Source: Candidatus Omnitrophota bacterium
GTDB taxonomy: Bacteria; Omnitrophota; Gorgyraeia; Zapsychrales; Aceulaceae
Direction of reading: 5' to 3'
DNA length: 64,000 bases
Assembly: GCA_028693815.1 (NCBI GenBank)
Contig: JAQUUP010000003.1
Span: 65,850 to 129,849 of the forward strand
A program made the translations under genes and the position numbers. Positions within the stretch are counted from its first letter, which is position 1; the number at the start of each line of letters is the position of its first letter. Positions 29,199 to 39,462 of the stretch are shown piece after piece. Under the pieces are notes generated by a model. That model saw only the letters and a program-made list of their open reading frames with translations, searched no databases and was not told where the DNA came from.

Positions 29199-29553
29199 AA
29201 TAAGTCGCGCTTGCGTTCTCAGACTCCCAAACAGTAACGCACTTAATTTTTACAGAAGGAAGTTTTTTAAGTATTTGTTGAAAAATATATTTTGAAATAT
29301 TTTCAGAAGTTGGATTGAGCTCCTTAAAGTCTGCCAGATCGTTAAGATGCGTATGATCAAGAGCATCAACAACTTCTTTTAATCCTTTCTTAATTTCTGT
29401 AAAATCGATGAGCATCCCGGTCTTGTTTAATTGTTCTCCAATAAAAACAACCTCAACCTTCCATGTGTGCCCATGCAAGTTCTTACATTTTCCTTGATAA
29501 TCTCTCAGAGAATGAGAAGAAGCAAAATCTGACTTAACAGTTAGCTCATACAT
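29191..29553 (-). CDS. queD: 6-carboxy-5,6,7,8-tetrahydropterin synthase (QueD).
   Basis: The motif reads CKNLHGHTW. The size is about 120 aa. Confidence 0.85.
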   Translation of the reverse strand: MYELTVKSDFASSHSLRDYQGKCKNLHGHTWKVEVVFIGEQLNKTGMLIDFTEIKKGLKEVVDALDHTHLNDLADFKELNPTSENISKYIFQQILKKLPSVKIKCVTVWESENASATYYE

Positions 29554-29558
29554 AAAAA

Positions 29559-30365
29559 TTAAACCTTTCTAATGTTTTTGATATCATATCCTAAAAATCG
29601 CTTTGCAAGACTTCTAAAATGCTGTGGCTTGTCACTGACAAAAAAACGATGGTTCCCCTTGATCAACGAGCGATTCGCTAGATTCATTTTTTCTAAAGCC
29701 TCTGCAACTTCTTCAGCGACTTCTTTTGCTGAATCAACAAGAAAAACTTTTTTTCCCATAATAGAACCAATAATTTCTTTAAGCAAAGGATAATGTGTGC
29801 ATCCCAAAATAAGCGTATCGATTTTTGATTGAATCATAGTGGAAAGATATTTCTTGGCAATGTCCCGTGTGATCCTGTCCGAAAACCATCCCTCTTCAAC
29901 TAAAGGGACAAAAAGAGGGCAAGCCTGCGAACTAACGATTGCTTTTTTAAGAATCTTTTTTATCATTCGGACATATTTCTGACTCTGAATTGTGGCAGAT
30001 GTTGCAATAACGCCAATTCTTCTATTTTTTGTAGTTTCGCATGCTTTTTTTGCTCCAGGCTCAATAACGCCGATAATCGGTAAAGAAAATTCCTTTCTCA
30101 ATGTCGGTAACGCAAGGCTGGAAGAAGAGTTGCAAGCAACAACAATCATTTTAACCTTATGCTTTAGGAGAAAGTGAACATTTTCTTTAGAAAAACGAAT
30201 AATCGCTTCGAGCGATTTTGTTCCATACGGAACACGAGCTGTATCTCCGAAATAAACAATGTGCTCATTAGGAAGCTGCTTGATAAGCTCTTTGACAACG
30301 GTGAGACCTCCAAGCCCTGAATCAAACACTCCAATCGCATATTTTCTTTTATTTATAATTTTCAT
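29559..30365 (-). CDS. murI: Glutamate racemase.
   Basis: The motifs are GVFDSGLGGLTV, VVACNSSS and LGCTHYPLL. Confidence 0.85.
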   Translation of the reverse strand: MKIINKRKYAIGVFDSGLGGLTVVKELIKQLPNEHIVYFGDTARVPYGTKSLEAIIRFSKENVHFLLKHKVKMIVVACNSSSSLALPTLRKEFSLPIIGVIEPGAKKACETTKNRRIGVIATSATIQSQKYVRMIKKILKKAIVSSQACPLFVPLVEEGWFSDRITRDIAKKYLSTMIQSKIDTLILGCTHYPLLKEIIGSIMGKKVFLVDSAKEVAEEVAEALEKMNLANRSLIKGNHRFFVSDKPQHFRSLAKRFLGYDIKNIRKV

Positions 30366-31369
30366 TGTTTATACTGCATCAAGCCGTCAGCTAAACTTTC
30401 AGCAATCTGCTGACGATAGGAACTATTTTTTAATTTTTGTTCTTCTTTCTGATTCGATAAAAATCCAACCTCAACTAAAATAGCAGGAATCAAAGTGTTC
30501 TTTAAAACATAAAAATTAGCTGTTTTGCCCCCGCGGTCTCTTGTCGTAATCCTTTCAGCAGTGTATCGCGACAAATGCCTTGCAATATCACCCGATGATT
30601 GCTGCTTATATGCATACAACATGTCCAATAAAACCTTCTTTACATTGTCATCACTTTGCTCCATTTTATATTTCTGAAACATTTTTTTATGTTTCTCAAC
30701 ACAACATATTTCTTTCTTATCTTCTTGCCCTAAAAATCCTAAATAATACGTCTCTAAACCCTCTACTCCAGAATTACTGGCAATATTAGCATGGATACTC
30801 ATAAATAAATCTGCGTTCTCTGAACGCGCAACTTCGACTCTCTGCTCTAAAGACAAAAATTCATCTGTGTCTCTTGTTTGAAGAACGATTGCTCCTCTTT
30901 TTTTCAAAGCATCTGAAAGCCGATTAGCAATATCAAGAACAATATCTTTTTCTTGGGTTCCTGTTAGAGTAATCGCACCCGGATCCTTACCTCCATGGCC
31001 AGCATCAATAATAATTTTCTGAAATGCTTTGGCCGAAGGTCCTGCTTTTTTAGAAAGCAAAATCATAACTTGTTGCTCAAAATCAAAAGGGACATAAACA
31101 ATTCCTTTCGAAATATTGATTGGCCTGCTTAAATAAACATCCTTCCCGTCAACAACGACGGTGCTACTTCCAATTAAGCCTCGAGCCTCAAATCCTTTTC
31201 TCTTTAACTTAATAAGCTGAGTAACGCTGTCCATCGTACAGCTAAACCCGTAACGCGCGCAAAGATCCTTTAAAACAAGATCTTTTTTTTCCAATCTTTG
31301 AAATGGCGTTGCTGCACAACCTGAAAGAAAAATCAAACAAATTGCTGTTAAGAATAATCGAATCACCAT
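30362..31369 (-). CDS. N-acetylmuramoyl-L-alanine amidase (Amidase_3 family) lipoprotein.
   Basis: The lipobox is LSGC. The amidase motifs are IIDAGHGGKDPGA and KDIVLDIANRL. Confidence 0.75.
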   Translation of the reverse strand: MVIRLFLTAICLIFLSGCAATPFQRLEKKDLVLKDLCARYGFSCTMDSVTQLIKLKRKGFEARGLIGSSTVVVDGKDVYLSRPINISKGIVYVPFDFEQQVMILLSKKAGPSAKAFQKIIIDAGHGGKDPGAITLTGTQEKDIVLDIANRLSDALKKRGAIVLQTRDTDEFLSLEQRVEVARSENADLFMSIHANIASNSGVEGLETYYLGFLGQEDKKEICCVEKHKKMFQKYKMEQSDDNVKKVLLDMLYAYKQQSSGDIARHLSRYTAERITTRDRGGKTANFYVLKNTLIPAILVEVGFLSNQKEEQKLKNSSYRQQIAESLADGLMQYKQ

Positions 31370-31372
31370 AAT

Positions 31373-32998
31373 TTACTTTCCAAAAATATCCTCTTCAGAC
31401 AAAACATCTCCAGTAATAATTCTCGGCGTCAAAAAGATAACGATCTCTGTTTTTTCTATTTCCTTGCTTTCATTTCGGAAAATAGGCCCCAAGAAAGGGA
31501 TGTCCCCTAAAAGAGGTACCTTGTTAACTGTTCGAATATCTTGCTCCTTAATTAACCCACCAATAATAATAGTAACACCATCTTTGACCATGACAGTTGT
31601 TTCTGCCTCAGACGTTTCAACAGTTGGTATTTTATTATTTGTACTTGTTGTCACATATCCTGTCAGAGAACTGACCTCAGGCTTGATTTTCATCGTAACA
31701 TAACCATCGCCGTGAATCGTTGGTGTTACAAAAAGCTTAACGCCAACTTCAATAAAATTAACAGTTTCTGATGTTGTTGTCGGTCCAGAAGCGGTTGTTA
31801 CAGTTTCGCTTGTTACATAAGGCTCACTCGCGCCAACCAAGATTTTAGCTTCTTCATTATTTATAACTGCAATTCTCGGACTCGAAAGAATATTGGTCTT
31901 CCCAATCGTTTCAAGCGCCTCAATCAAAACACTATAATCATCATTGGCAATTGTACCTATGCTGAGTCTTCCCCCTTTATCTGCGCTTGTCAAGCTACTA
32001 AACGTACTCTTGAAATCCAAAGTATGAAAATCTGAAACAACAGCCTCCCAATCAATCCCCATCTTATAATCATTGCTTAAAGTAATTTGAAGGATCTTCG
32101 CTTCAATTAAAACTTCAGGGTGTTTTTCGTCAAACGCTTTAATCATTGATATAATCTCATCGATTTTTTCTTTCGTTTCCGTAACAAAAATTTTATTCGA
32201 TCGCTCATCAAATTCAAGCTTACCAACATTTTTTGTTAGCAAATTCTGAATTTTACCAGCCACTTCATCGGCCTTGGAATAACGCAATGAAAAAACTCTC
32301 GTTGACAAAGGAATATCTGCGCGCTGAATAACCTCTCTCATCAAAGAAATCTTTTCAGGCCTATCTGTAATAATCAACGTATTTGATTTGCTATCAAATG
32401 TGACCAAGCCAATCTGGCTTTTCATTTGAGTTAAAACAGGTACGATCTCCTCTGCCTTAACGTACTCAAGTTGAATTAATTTTGTTTCAGTCTCCTGGCC
32501 AAACTTATATCCGTATATTTGCTGGAAATCCTGTGCCGTTAAAACTTTAACAATCCCATCTTCCTCAACATAAGCCAGATCATTCGAATCAAGAATAATC
32601 TGAAGCGCATCTCGAACGTTCACATCTTTTAAATAAATCGTCACTTTGCCTCGAACATTCTTTCCGGCAACAATATTAAGTCCACTTTTCTTGGAAATCA
32701 ATTTTAAAACATCCACAATATCCATATCTTTTAGCTCAAGAGCATCTAGCATAACGCTTTCAGAAGCGCGCCTATTCGACCTAGATACTTGATTAATCTC
32801 ATTAACATTTCGCGCCGAAAAAACTTCTCCAGAATACGCTCTCGGTTTAGGATCTTCTATCTGAACCTGCTCAAAAAAATCAAGAGCATCGTCAATTGTC
32901 GATCTGGATCCGCTCTTTTGCGCATAGCCCATGGAGCCTGCAATAAAAAAAACAAAAATAACTAAATAAAATATTATAAAACTTCTTTTTATGTTCAT
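31373..32998 (-). CDS. gspD: Type II secretion secretin (GspD family).
   Basis: The secretin C-domain reads NILSSPRIAVINNEEAKI...VPLLGDIPFLGPIFRN. Confidence 0.8.
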   Translation of the reverse strand: MNIKRSFIIFYLVIFVFFIAGSMGYAQKSGSRSTIDDALDFFEQVQIEDPKPRAYSGEVFSARNVNEINQVSRSNRRASESVMLDALELKDMDIVDVLKLISKKSGLNIVAGKNVRGKVTIYLKDVNVRDALQIILDSNDLAYVEEDGIVKVLTAQDFQQIYGYKFGQETETKLIQLEYVKAEEIVPVLTQMKSQIGLVTFDSKSNTLIITDRPEKISLMREVIQRADIPLSTRVFSLRYSKADEVAGKIQNLLTKNVGKLEFDERSNKIFVTETKEKIDEIISMIKAFDEKHPEVLIEAKILQITLSNDYKMGIDWEAVVSDFHTLDFKSTFSSLTSADKGGRLSIGTIANDDYSVLIEALETIGKTNILSSPRIAVINNEEAKILVGASEPYVTSETVTTASGPTTTSETVNFIEVGVKLFVTPTIHGDGYVTMKIKPEVSSLTGYVTTSTNNKIPTVETSEAETTVMVKDGVTIIIGGLIKEQDIRTVNKVPLLGDIPFLGPIFRNESKEIEKTEIVIFLTPRIITGDVLSEEDIFGK

Positions 32999-33027
32999 TT
33001 TATCTCCTTTAAAAAAATAAAAATATT

Positions 33028-33612
33028 TTACTGAAACAACTCTGTTTGAGATCCCTTATAATTTAAAATAACTTTGCCTTCTTTTATAGACTCAACTCGT
33101 CCTTCTAAGATTTCGTCTCCTTGATGAAGAAAAAATATTTGATTAGATTTTATATCTTCTATAATAACCTCTGGAATATCCCCTAAAACAATACCAACCA
33201 AACGAAGACTTTTCGATAAATCAATATTTTCAATAACTTTGTTCTCCACTTCTTCTTCTGGTTCTGGCCTAGAAAAGACATCGCGTGCTTCTATTTGCTT
33301 TGCATAATATTCATATGGCTTACTTTTCTTCTCTTTTAAATCAATGACTTCATTAATTTCTGTAGGATCTTCGCTAATGACAAAATCGTCTGCTTTATTT
33401 TGCGAAGAAACAAAAGTATACAATAAATATCCTGCCAAAACTAAAATAATCAAAATCATCAGCTGATTCAATATTCGAAAAACCCGATCAAACCCACTAG
33501 AAACAGCCTTCTCTCGAACATCCTCAACTTCAGGATTCTTTGAAGATACTGGCTTATCTTTTTTCCTAATAATACTTAAAAGCTTTTCTTCTGGCGAACC
33601 ATCTCTATTCAT
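33028..33612 (-). CDS. Hypothetical single-TM protein; possibly a GspB/GspC-like secretin partner.
   Basis: It sits between the GspA-like ATPase and the secretin. It has one TM helix. Confidence 0.45.
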   Translation of the reverse strand: MNRDGSPEEKLLSIIRKKDKPVSSKNPEVEDVREKAVSSGFDRVFRILNQLMILIILVLAGYLLYTFVSSQNKADDFVISEDPTEINEVIDLKEKKSKPYEYYAKQIEARDVFSRPEPEEEVENKVIENIDLSKSLRLVGIVLGDIPEVIIEDIKSNQIFFLHQGDEILEGRVESIKEGKVILNYKGSQTELFQ

Positions 33613-34438
33613 CTGTACCCCAGCGACTTTCCTCTTCAGCTAAAGAATCAATTAGCTCTCCGGTGACAACTTCTCTCCCATCCATGACAAGCCTCTCTAA
33701 AGCATTGTGACAATACAAAGTAATTTTTCTTGGATATCCTTGACTCAACGCATAAATCTTTTTAATAGCCTCATAACTAAAAATATCTCGATGACCACTA
33801 AAACCAGCTTTTTTAAGTCTAAAATAAATCATCTGTGCAGTCTCATTCTCATCCAAAGGATTGATAATATAACGCAAGCTTACACGATCCATAAAATTAT
33901 TAATCTTCTTAATTCTCGGCAAAAGCTCCATCTGCCCTAAAATAACCAGCTGAAGCAACTTAAACTCATTTGTCTCATAATTTAAAAGCGTTCGTAATAT
34001 CTCAATAAAAGGTAGTGATAATTTCTGACCTTCATCAATTAAAAGAATAATTATTTTTCCTTCTTCAACGCCTTTCTGAAATAAATACTTCTCAATCGCC
34101 TCCCGATGGTCCATCGCAGAACGCAAAAAAGGACTCACTCCAAACATTTTTGTCAAATGAGCCAAAAACTGATATTCACTTTTAAAATCTGGATCAAGAA
34201 TCATATGAAAAATAAAATTATTTTCTTCTCCAGCGAACGATTGTAACAACGCTCTAGACAAGGTTGTCTTTCCTGCACCAACATCACCTAAAATAAGACT
34301 CAAACCCCTTCGAAGACGAATAGCGATTTCCAAGCGTTTTAACGCAGTTGTATGCTCTCTTGAATGATAAAAAAAGTCCGGATCAGGACTTGTTGAAAAA
34401 GGTTCATTGCGGATATCTAAAACTTCATAATAGCTCAT
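33605..34438 (-). CDS. GspA/ExeA-like AAA+ ATPase.
   Basis: The Walker A is GDVGAGKTTL. The gene lies in the T2SS cluster. Confidence 0.7.
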   Translation of the reverse strand: MSYYEVLDIRNEPFSTSPDPDFFYHSREHTTALKRLEIAIRLRRGLSLILGDVGAGKTTLSRALLQSFAGEENNFIFHMILDPDFKSEYQFLAHLTKMFGVSPFLRSAMDHREAIEKYLFQKGVEEGKIIILLIDEGQKLSLPFIEILRTLLNYETNEFKLLQLVILGQMELLPRIKKINNFMDRVSLRYIINPLDENETAQMIYFRLKKAGFSGHRDIFSYEAIKKIYALSQGYPRKITLYCHNALERLVMDGREVVTGELIDSLAEEESRWGTDE

Positions 34439-34665
34439 AGTTGTTTCTTCAACCTTATTTTAATTTCTTTTAAAGACAACCCTTGGCTCCGCATAACACG
34501 AATTTTCTTAAGATGCGTAACAGATTTATCATCAAAATATCTAAAATGTGTACTTGGGCTACGACCAATTTCTTCTAAAAGCCCAATGCCCAAATAATAT
34601 TTCAATGTATGCGTTGAATAACCTGTTGAAACAGCCAAATCTTTCAATAAATATATATTTTTCAT
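34435..34665 (-). CDS. MerR-type HTH protein with a DNA-binding domain only.
   Basis: The HTH region reads LKDLAVSTGYSTHTLKYYLGIGLL. Confidence 0.55.
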   Translation of the reverse strand: MKNIYLLKDLAVSTGYSTHTLKYYLGIGLLEEIGRSPSTHFRYFDDKSVTHLKKIRVMRSQGLSLKEIKIRLKKQL

Positions 34666-34764
34666 ATACTTAAGTATTACTCCCTACTCGGATAGTCATA
34701 CTCTCAAAATAACAAAACCTATGTATTTTGTCAATAATAAAGCGGATTTTCTTACGAAGTGCTC

Positions 34765-35307
34765 CTATTTGGAAGGATCCAGCAAAATACGACTAGCAAC
34801 AATTTCGCATCGGATATCTTGCGAGCGAATAGAACGTTTTTCTAAGCGCACCTCTTCAATCTGAAAATGATGCGGCTTTTGTTCAAGAAAATACAAAAAT
34901 TTCATAATTAAATTCATCGTTCCTTCGGTCTGAACAGTCAGCGAGAAATTCTTAAAGAAACTTTCCTCTCGAATCCTCTGAGGCTTCATATCTATAATCT
35001 TAATGTCTGCTTCTTTAGCAACTGCTTCAATTTCAGAAGAAATTCGGCTCATCTCTTGCTGATCAGAAAGCTTCTGTGCAAAAGCCTCTAAATACTGATC
35101 ATACGCTATCTTAACAACTCCCTCTTCTTTCAAAATATTTAAATTCTTTTTAATCTTTTTCTTTATCACGCTAATCTTTTTTTCAAAAAGGTCTTCTTGT
35201 GACTTAATCGGCTTGTAAACAAACTGAAAACCAATGTAAATTAAGAAAACTAAAATACATAAAATAAAAATCTGGCTTTCTCGTTTTGATAAACGTTTGA
35301 CTATCAT
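34765..35307 (-). CDS. GspM/PilO-like inner-membrane component.
   Basis: It has one TM helix and a coiled coil. Its position after the GspL-like gene supports the call. Confidence 0.45.
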   Translation of the reverse strand: MIVKRLSKRESQIFILCILVFLIYIGFQFVYKPIKSQEDLFEKKISVIKKKIKKNLNILKEEGVVKIAYDQYLEAFAQKLSDQQEMSRISSEIEAVAKEADIKIIDMKPQRIREESFFKNFSLTVQTEGTMNLIMKFLYFLEQKPHHFQIEEVRLEKRSIRSQDIRCEIVASRILLDPSK

Positions 35308-36770
35308 TGTTTTTCCTGTAAGAAGTCTTGATCAATCTTGCACGTTATTTTAAAATCAGTAATTTCCCCTTCAAAAACTCTTCGCTGAGTCGCATATTGC
35401 AAATTGACATCTTTAAAAGAAGGCGCACCAATTAAATTCTTTTGGAATTCATTAACATCCGCTCTTTCTTCAGAAATCCCTTGGATTATCAAATTGTCGC
35501 TATCGTCAACATTCAAACTACGATATGAAATATTTTCTGGCGTTAGTCGATAAAGTTCGTGAACAACATCAACCATCGAGGGAACAGAAACAAGATAATT
35601 TTCAATATCCACAATGCGACTCTTTTTTATTTGAACATCTTCAACGCGGGGCTTAAGCTTAAGATTTTGCTCCTCTAGTTTTTTAAGAATACTCTTTTCT
35701 TGACTCAAATTAAAATAAAAAGTAGCTGCAGCTAAACACCCGGCTACAAAAACAAGCCCTATAAGCTGTATCCACATAACCTGCTGCGCTTTCATTTCTC
35801 TTATCGCATTTACATTCTTAGGCAAAAGATCAAATGGTTTTTGCGGTCCACGAAAAACAGCCCCTAAGCTACTAGAAGAAGAGAAATAATCTCCTTCTGA
35901 AAGAATTGGAATAAGGCAATCTTTGGTTTTCGGGAAAACACGATAAAGATCAATAATCTCAACCGGGATTCTTATCTCTTCAAAAACTTTTTCTTTTAAA
36001 AAAACGCTCTCATGAAGGGATGAAATCAAAACAATACGGTTTGGTAACAAACCCAGGTTTTCTTTTCGATAAGATTCAAGTGTCAGCGAAACTTCTCTAA
36101 CAAAATCATCTTGATAGTCGCCCCCTAGATCTCGAGCCCCAAATCGGACATTCCGTGAAAGCAAAAGCTTTCCCTCTGAACAAAAACAAATTTCGCTATC
36201 TGAGGTATCCACATTGACAACCATCGAAGAAGAGAGGTCTTCTTTTCTAATAGCTTTTTGCCAATGATAAAATCCATTAACAATGCTACTAGAACTTAGT
36301 GTCAAACTATTTAATGTTATCTGACATTTCTTAAAAATATCTAAATATTTTTGTGCCACTTCTTTATGGACAATTGCTACCAAAACTTTACTATACCCGT
36401 TAGATTCTTTCGCTATTGAAGAATAATCAAAAACAATATCCTCTTTTGCATACGGCGTCTTATTCCCAATTTGCAAAGAAACCATCTTGCCCAACTCTTG
36501 TTCGGAATGAGAAGGCAGAGAAAAATATCGAATCATCGCCTGACTTCTGGGAATAACACCAATAATATGGCTTTCCTTTACCTTATCATCAACCATCGAG
36601 GACAGAAGGCCAGCGATGCCGTCAAAAGAAGGATCAGTAATTTTTTTTGCTTGATGACGAACAAGCCGTATCCGTCCTCTTTTTCTTAGAACCTGCAATA
36701 ACTTTACATGTGATTCACTAATTTCAATAGTTGTAATTACTGATTTTGTCATATTTAGTTCTTGCTCCAA
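35304..36770 (-). CDS. GspL-like protein (PilM-type cytoplasmic domain + TM + periplasmic domain).
   Basis: An actin-like N-domain precedes a TM segment (LIGLVFVAGCLAAATFYF). It overlaps its neighbours in the cluster. Confidence 0.6.
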   Translation of the reverse strand: MEQELNMTKSVITTIEISESHVKLLQVLRKRGRIRLVRHQAKKITDPSFDGIAGLLSSMVDDKVKESHIIGVIPRSQAMIRYFSLPSHSEQELGKMVSLQIGNKTPYAKEDIVFDYSSIAKESNGYSKVLVAIVHKEVAQKYLDIFKKCQITLNSLTLSSSSIVNGFYHWQKAIRKEDLSSSMVVNVDTSDSEICFCSEGKLLLSRNVRFGARDLGGDYQDDFVREVSLTLESYRKENLGLLPNRIVLISSLHESVFLKEKVFEEIRIPVEIIDLYRVFPKTKDCLIPILSEGDYFSSSSSLGAVFRGPQKPFDLLPKNVNAIREMKAQQVMWIQLIGLVFVAGCLAAATFYFNLSQEKSILKKLEEQNLKLKPRVEDVQIKKSRIVDIENYLVSVPSMVDVVHELYRLTPENISYRSLNVDDSDNLIIQGISEERADVNEFQKNLIGAPSFKDVNLQYATQRRVFEGEITDFKITCKIDQDFLQEKQ

Positions 36771-37864
36771 GATACGATTGCAAGACTTTCACTGTCAACA
36801 ACCGCCTCAATTTCAGAAACAACATCTAAAAAAGAACTCTTCCCTCTTGCCTTAATGCGATAATAAGAGCTTTCTTCCTTTATTTTGCCTTGCGCACTTG
36901 CACTTTGAAAAATACCAGACTCAGGACCAGTAAACGGAATGGCAGCTATGTCATTTCTCTCTATCACCCGATCATCTGGAGTGCACGGCCTTCCATCTGG
37001 ACCTCGTCTATATTCAAGAATCGTATAAACAAGAGAATCAACATCCGCCGGAGATGCCGTTCCTTGATTTTCATCCAAAAACGTATAAAAAAAAGATTTC
37101 AAAACAATCTCCGATGCCGTATTCACATTGATAGAAAAATCTGCCTCTTGGGCTGGAAACACGGTTATATATTCTTTTAATTTCTTAAATATCTCATCAT
37201 CCATTGACCTAATCAAAAGCATCTCTTCGATATTATTAAAAATAGAATTCTTACAATGATACGACTTTTCCTGCGACATATAAAAATCATCTTCTGCCCC
37301 AAAAGGCGCGTTAAAAACATCGCTGTCGACATCTATCCAATCAACAACCGACGAAGCAATTTCATCAGCTGTAGCGCTTTGGACACCTAAAAGAACAAGC
37401 AAATAACTTAAAACTTCATAATTACCACTATTAAGAGAATTGAGATTAATCCGCCTTCCTTCGTCCTGAATTCCATAGCAAACATCTATCCGACTATTTA
37501 GCATATCATAAATATTATACCGAATATCAAAAGTTCCTTCTTTTAATGGAATTTCTTTAAAAATATCTTGCGCTTCTTGTCCATCGTTAAAATAAACCCC
37601 ACATCGATAAAGTGTATCAATTCTATTTTCCGTGCCTTCTGTCGTTAAGTTATCCATCTGCTTTGAGGTATAATTAATTCCTGCCCAAGCTAGGTAATCA
37701 GACTTTGTTTTTGCAATAGTATACTTAGCTAACGCTAAATTAATTCTAGTTCTTCGTCCCAGACCAATAGCCAAAATCGAAAGAACGACAAGAATCCATA
37801 ACCCAATAATCATGATGACACCAGAATCATTCTTAAAGAAAAGAATTTGTCGTTTTACCCTCAA
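36755..37864 (-). CDS. GspK-like minor pseudopilin.
   Basis: It has an N-terminal hydrophobic anchor and is large (369 aa). It sits at the GspK position in the cluster. Confidence 0.6.
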   Translation of the reverse strand: MRVKRQILFFKNDSGVIMIIGLWILVVLSILAIGLGRRTRINLALAKYTIAKTKSDYLAWAGINYTSKQMDNLTTEGTENRIDTLYRCGVYFNDGQEAQDIFKEIPLKEGTFDIRYNIYDMLNSRIDVCYGIQDEGRRINLNSLNSGNYEVLSYLLVLLGVQSATADEIASSVVDWIDVDSDVFNAPFGAEDDFYMSQEKSYHCKNSIFNNIEEMLLIRSMDDEIFKKLKEYITVFPAQEADFSINVNTASEIVLKSFFYTFLDENQGTASPADVDSLVYTILEYRRGPDGRPCTPDDRVIERNDIAAIPFTGPESGIFQSASAQGKIKEESSYYRIKARGKSSFLDVVSEIEAVVDSESLAIVSWSKN

Positions 37865-38643
37865 AGCGATTCTTCCTCTCCCCAGCGGCCAGCAGGAATA
37901 TAAATACTGCGCCTAACAATAAGCACGTCACGCTCTTTTTGACCAACAAGCTTAAGATTCACTTTTATCCCTGCAGGAATATAATTATTCTTCCAGTTAT
38001 CCTGCCAGTCAAGCTTTGAATCGTCTTCTGACGCTTCAAGATAAGCATATAAAAATTCTAAGCCTTGCTCTTCAACATTAAAACAAACCGCCTCTTTTAA
38101 AGAGTCAGCCTTTGTTCCATTAATAAAATCAACTAAACTGCATTCTTCTCGAACTAAAATTTCTTGAACCGAAGCGTCTTGCCGGCTTTCTGTAACAGAA
38201 ACATTTTTCTTAGACCGTTTTCCTATGATCACTTTATGCACAAAAACTTCTTCGGGTTGCTCTAAATAATATTGAATAACCTTCAACCCTTGGTCTGTTG
38301 GCAACAAAAAAGAAGCCCTGTCTTTTTCTCCAGAGAATTCATTGATATCAGGATACGAATTCGAAAAATCATATTTCACTGCATTTTCAAATTCTTTGGC
38401 CATCTCTTCAAGAGCCCAGCTCGCCTGACGGTATGTTTTATCCTCTAGCCTTTGATCAATCTTAATTCCACTCCAAAATGTACTATAAAGAGTGACAACA
38501 ATAGCGGAAAAAATTGCAAGGGCAATCAAAACTTCTATTAAAGAAAATCCTTTTTTTTCTGTCCTTAACAAAATTCTTTTTATTCCTTTAAAATGTATTG
38601 AAAACATATGTTGTCGCTGACGCTGAATTTGTTCTTTGGCCAT
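37861..38643 (-). CDS. GspJ-like pseudopilin.
   Basis: The prepilin N-terminus reads KGFSLIEVLIALAIF. Confidence 0.6.
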   Translation of the reverse strand: MAKEQIQRQRQHMFSIHFKGIKRILLRTEKKGFSLIEVLIALAIFSAIVVTLYSTFWSGIKIDQRLEDKTYRQASWALEEMAKEFENAVKYDFSNSYPDINEFSGEKDRASFLLPTDQGLKVIQYYLEQPEEVFVHKVIIGKRSKKNVSVTESRQDASVQEILVREECSLVDFINGTKADSLKEAVCFNVEEQGLEFLYAYLEASEDDSKLDWQDNWKNNYIPAGIKVNLKLVGQKERDVLIVRRSIYIPAGRWGEEESL

Positions 38644-39061
38644 TTCTCCAAGATACCGTTAAAACAACCTCGCTTAATCCTTCACACTGTTCTTCACACT
38701 CTGGCTCTTGCGCCTTAAGATCATAATGAAAATTCTCATAGGGAGGTGAAAAAGAATCCTTTTCGCTTAAGTCAGGGTCCACAACAGACTGCTCTAAAAC
38801 CTCATTCATTTTATTTCGCAACAAAAAAGATGCCTTAAAAAAATCATCACTATAAATACCCGCGCGTAAACTTGCAATATGGGACTGAACAATCAAAACA
38901 ATTCCAACAGACAAAATAGCAACTGTAAAAAGAACCTCTAGAAGAAGAAACCCCTCTTTTCTATTCTTCAGCTTCATAAACATAAACACTGCCTCTTTGT
39001 TCTTTTGTCGATACAACAATCTTGTTCTTCTGATCTGTAAGATTAATTTGAACCTTTTCAA
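38588..39061 (-). CDS. GspI-like pseudopilin.
   Basis: The prepilin-like N-terminus reads EGFLLLEVLFTVAIL. Confidence 0.55.
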   Translation of the reverse strand: MKRFKLILQIRRTRLLYRQKNKEAVFMFMKLKNRKEGFLLLEVLFTVAILSVGIVLIVQSHIASLRAGIYSDDFFKASFLLRNKMNEVLEQSVVDPDLSEKDSFSPPYENFHYDLKAQEPECEEQCEGLSEVVLTVSWRNGQRTNSASATTYVFNTF

Positions 39062-39416
39062 CTAATCCATTTGGATAAAAATGAATCGTTTCTTTCTCGG
39101 CTTGAACCTCAATCTTTTCTGGAATAGTTAAAACTTTTCCCATTCTCCCAGGTATCTTTTCAAACTCTTTTTCAATCATAATCACATCATCACTTAAAAC
39201 TTCAGCCATTAACCAATATCGATTCTCTGAAGAATCAATTTGCATCTGATACTCTCTATTATCAATAACAGAACGCTGTTGTGCATATTGCATCACACGA
39301 GCCATGTCTTTAGCAGTTTGTTTTAGCTCTATATATGTTCGTCCCTTAAGAAGATTTGGAAGAGCGAGCCCTGCAATAAGAGCAACAAGAACCAAAACCA
39401 TTAAAAGCTCAATCAA
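38961..39416 (-). CDS. GspH-like pseudopilin. The true start is probably upstream at a non-canonical ATC/ATT codon.
   Basis: The N-terminal region reads AFTLIELLMVLVLVALIAGLALP. No ATG, GTG or TTG lies upstream of the cleavage motif. An AGGAGA RBS sits 5 nt before an ATC codon. Confidence 0.55.
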   Translation of the reverse strand: MIELLMVLVLVALIAGLALPNLLKGRTYIELKQTAKDMARVMQYAQQRSVIDNREYQMQIDSSENRYWLMAEVLSDDVIMIEKEFEKIPGRMGKVLTIPEKIEVQAEKETIHFYPNGLVEKVQINLTDQKNKIVVSTKEQRGSVYVYEAEE

Positions 39417-39462
39417 GGTAAACGCTTTTTTAAAATAAAAAGAAATGATGCTATTCTCCTAA

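Noticed and set aside
29553-30400. Looked for a preQ1 riboswitch upstream of queD / queC / queF.
   Set aside because: Gene gaps are 0-5 nt (murI-queD is 5 nt), so there is no space for a riboswitch. The que genes are co-transcribed from far upstream.
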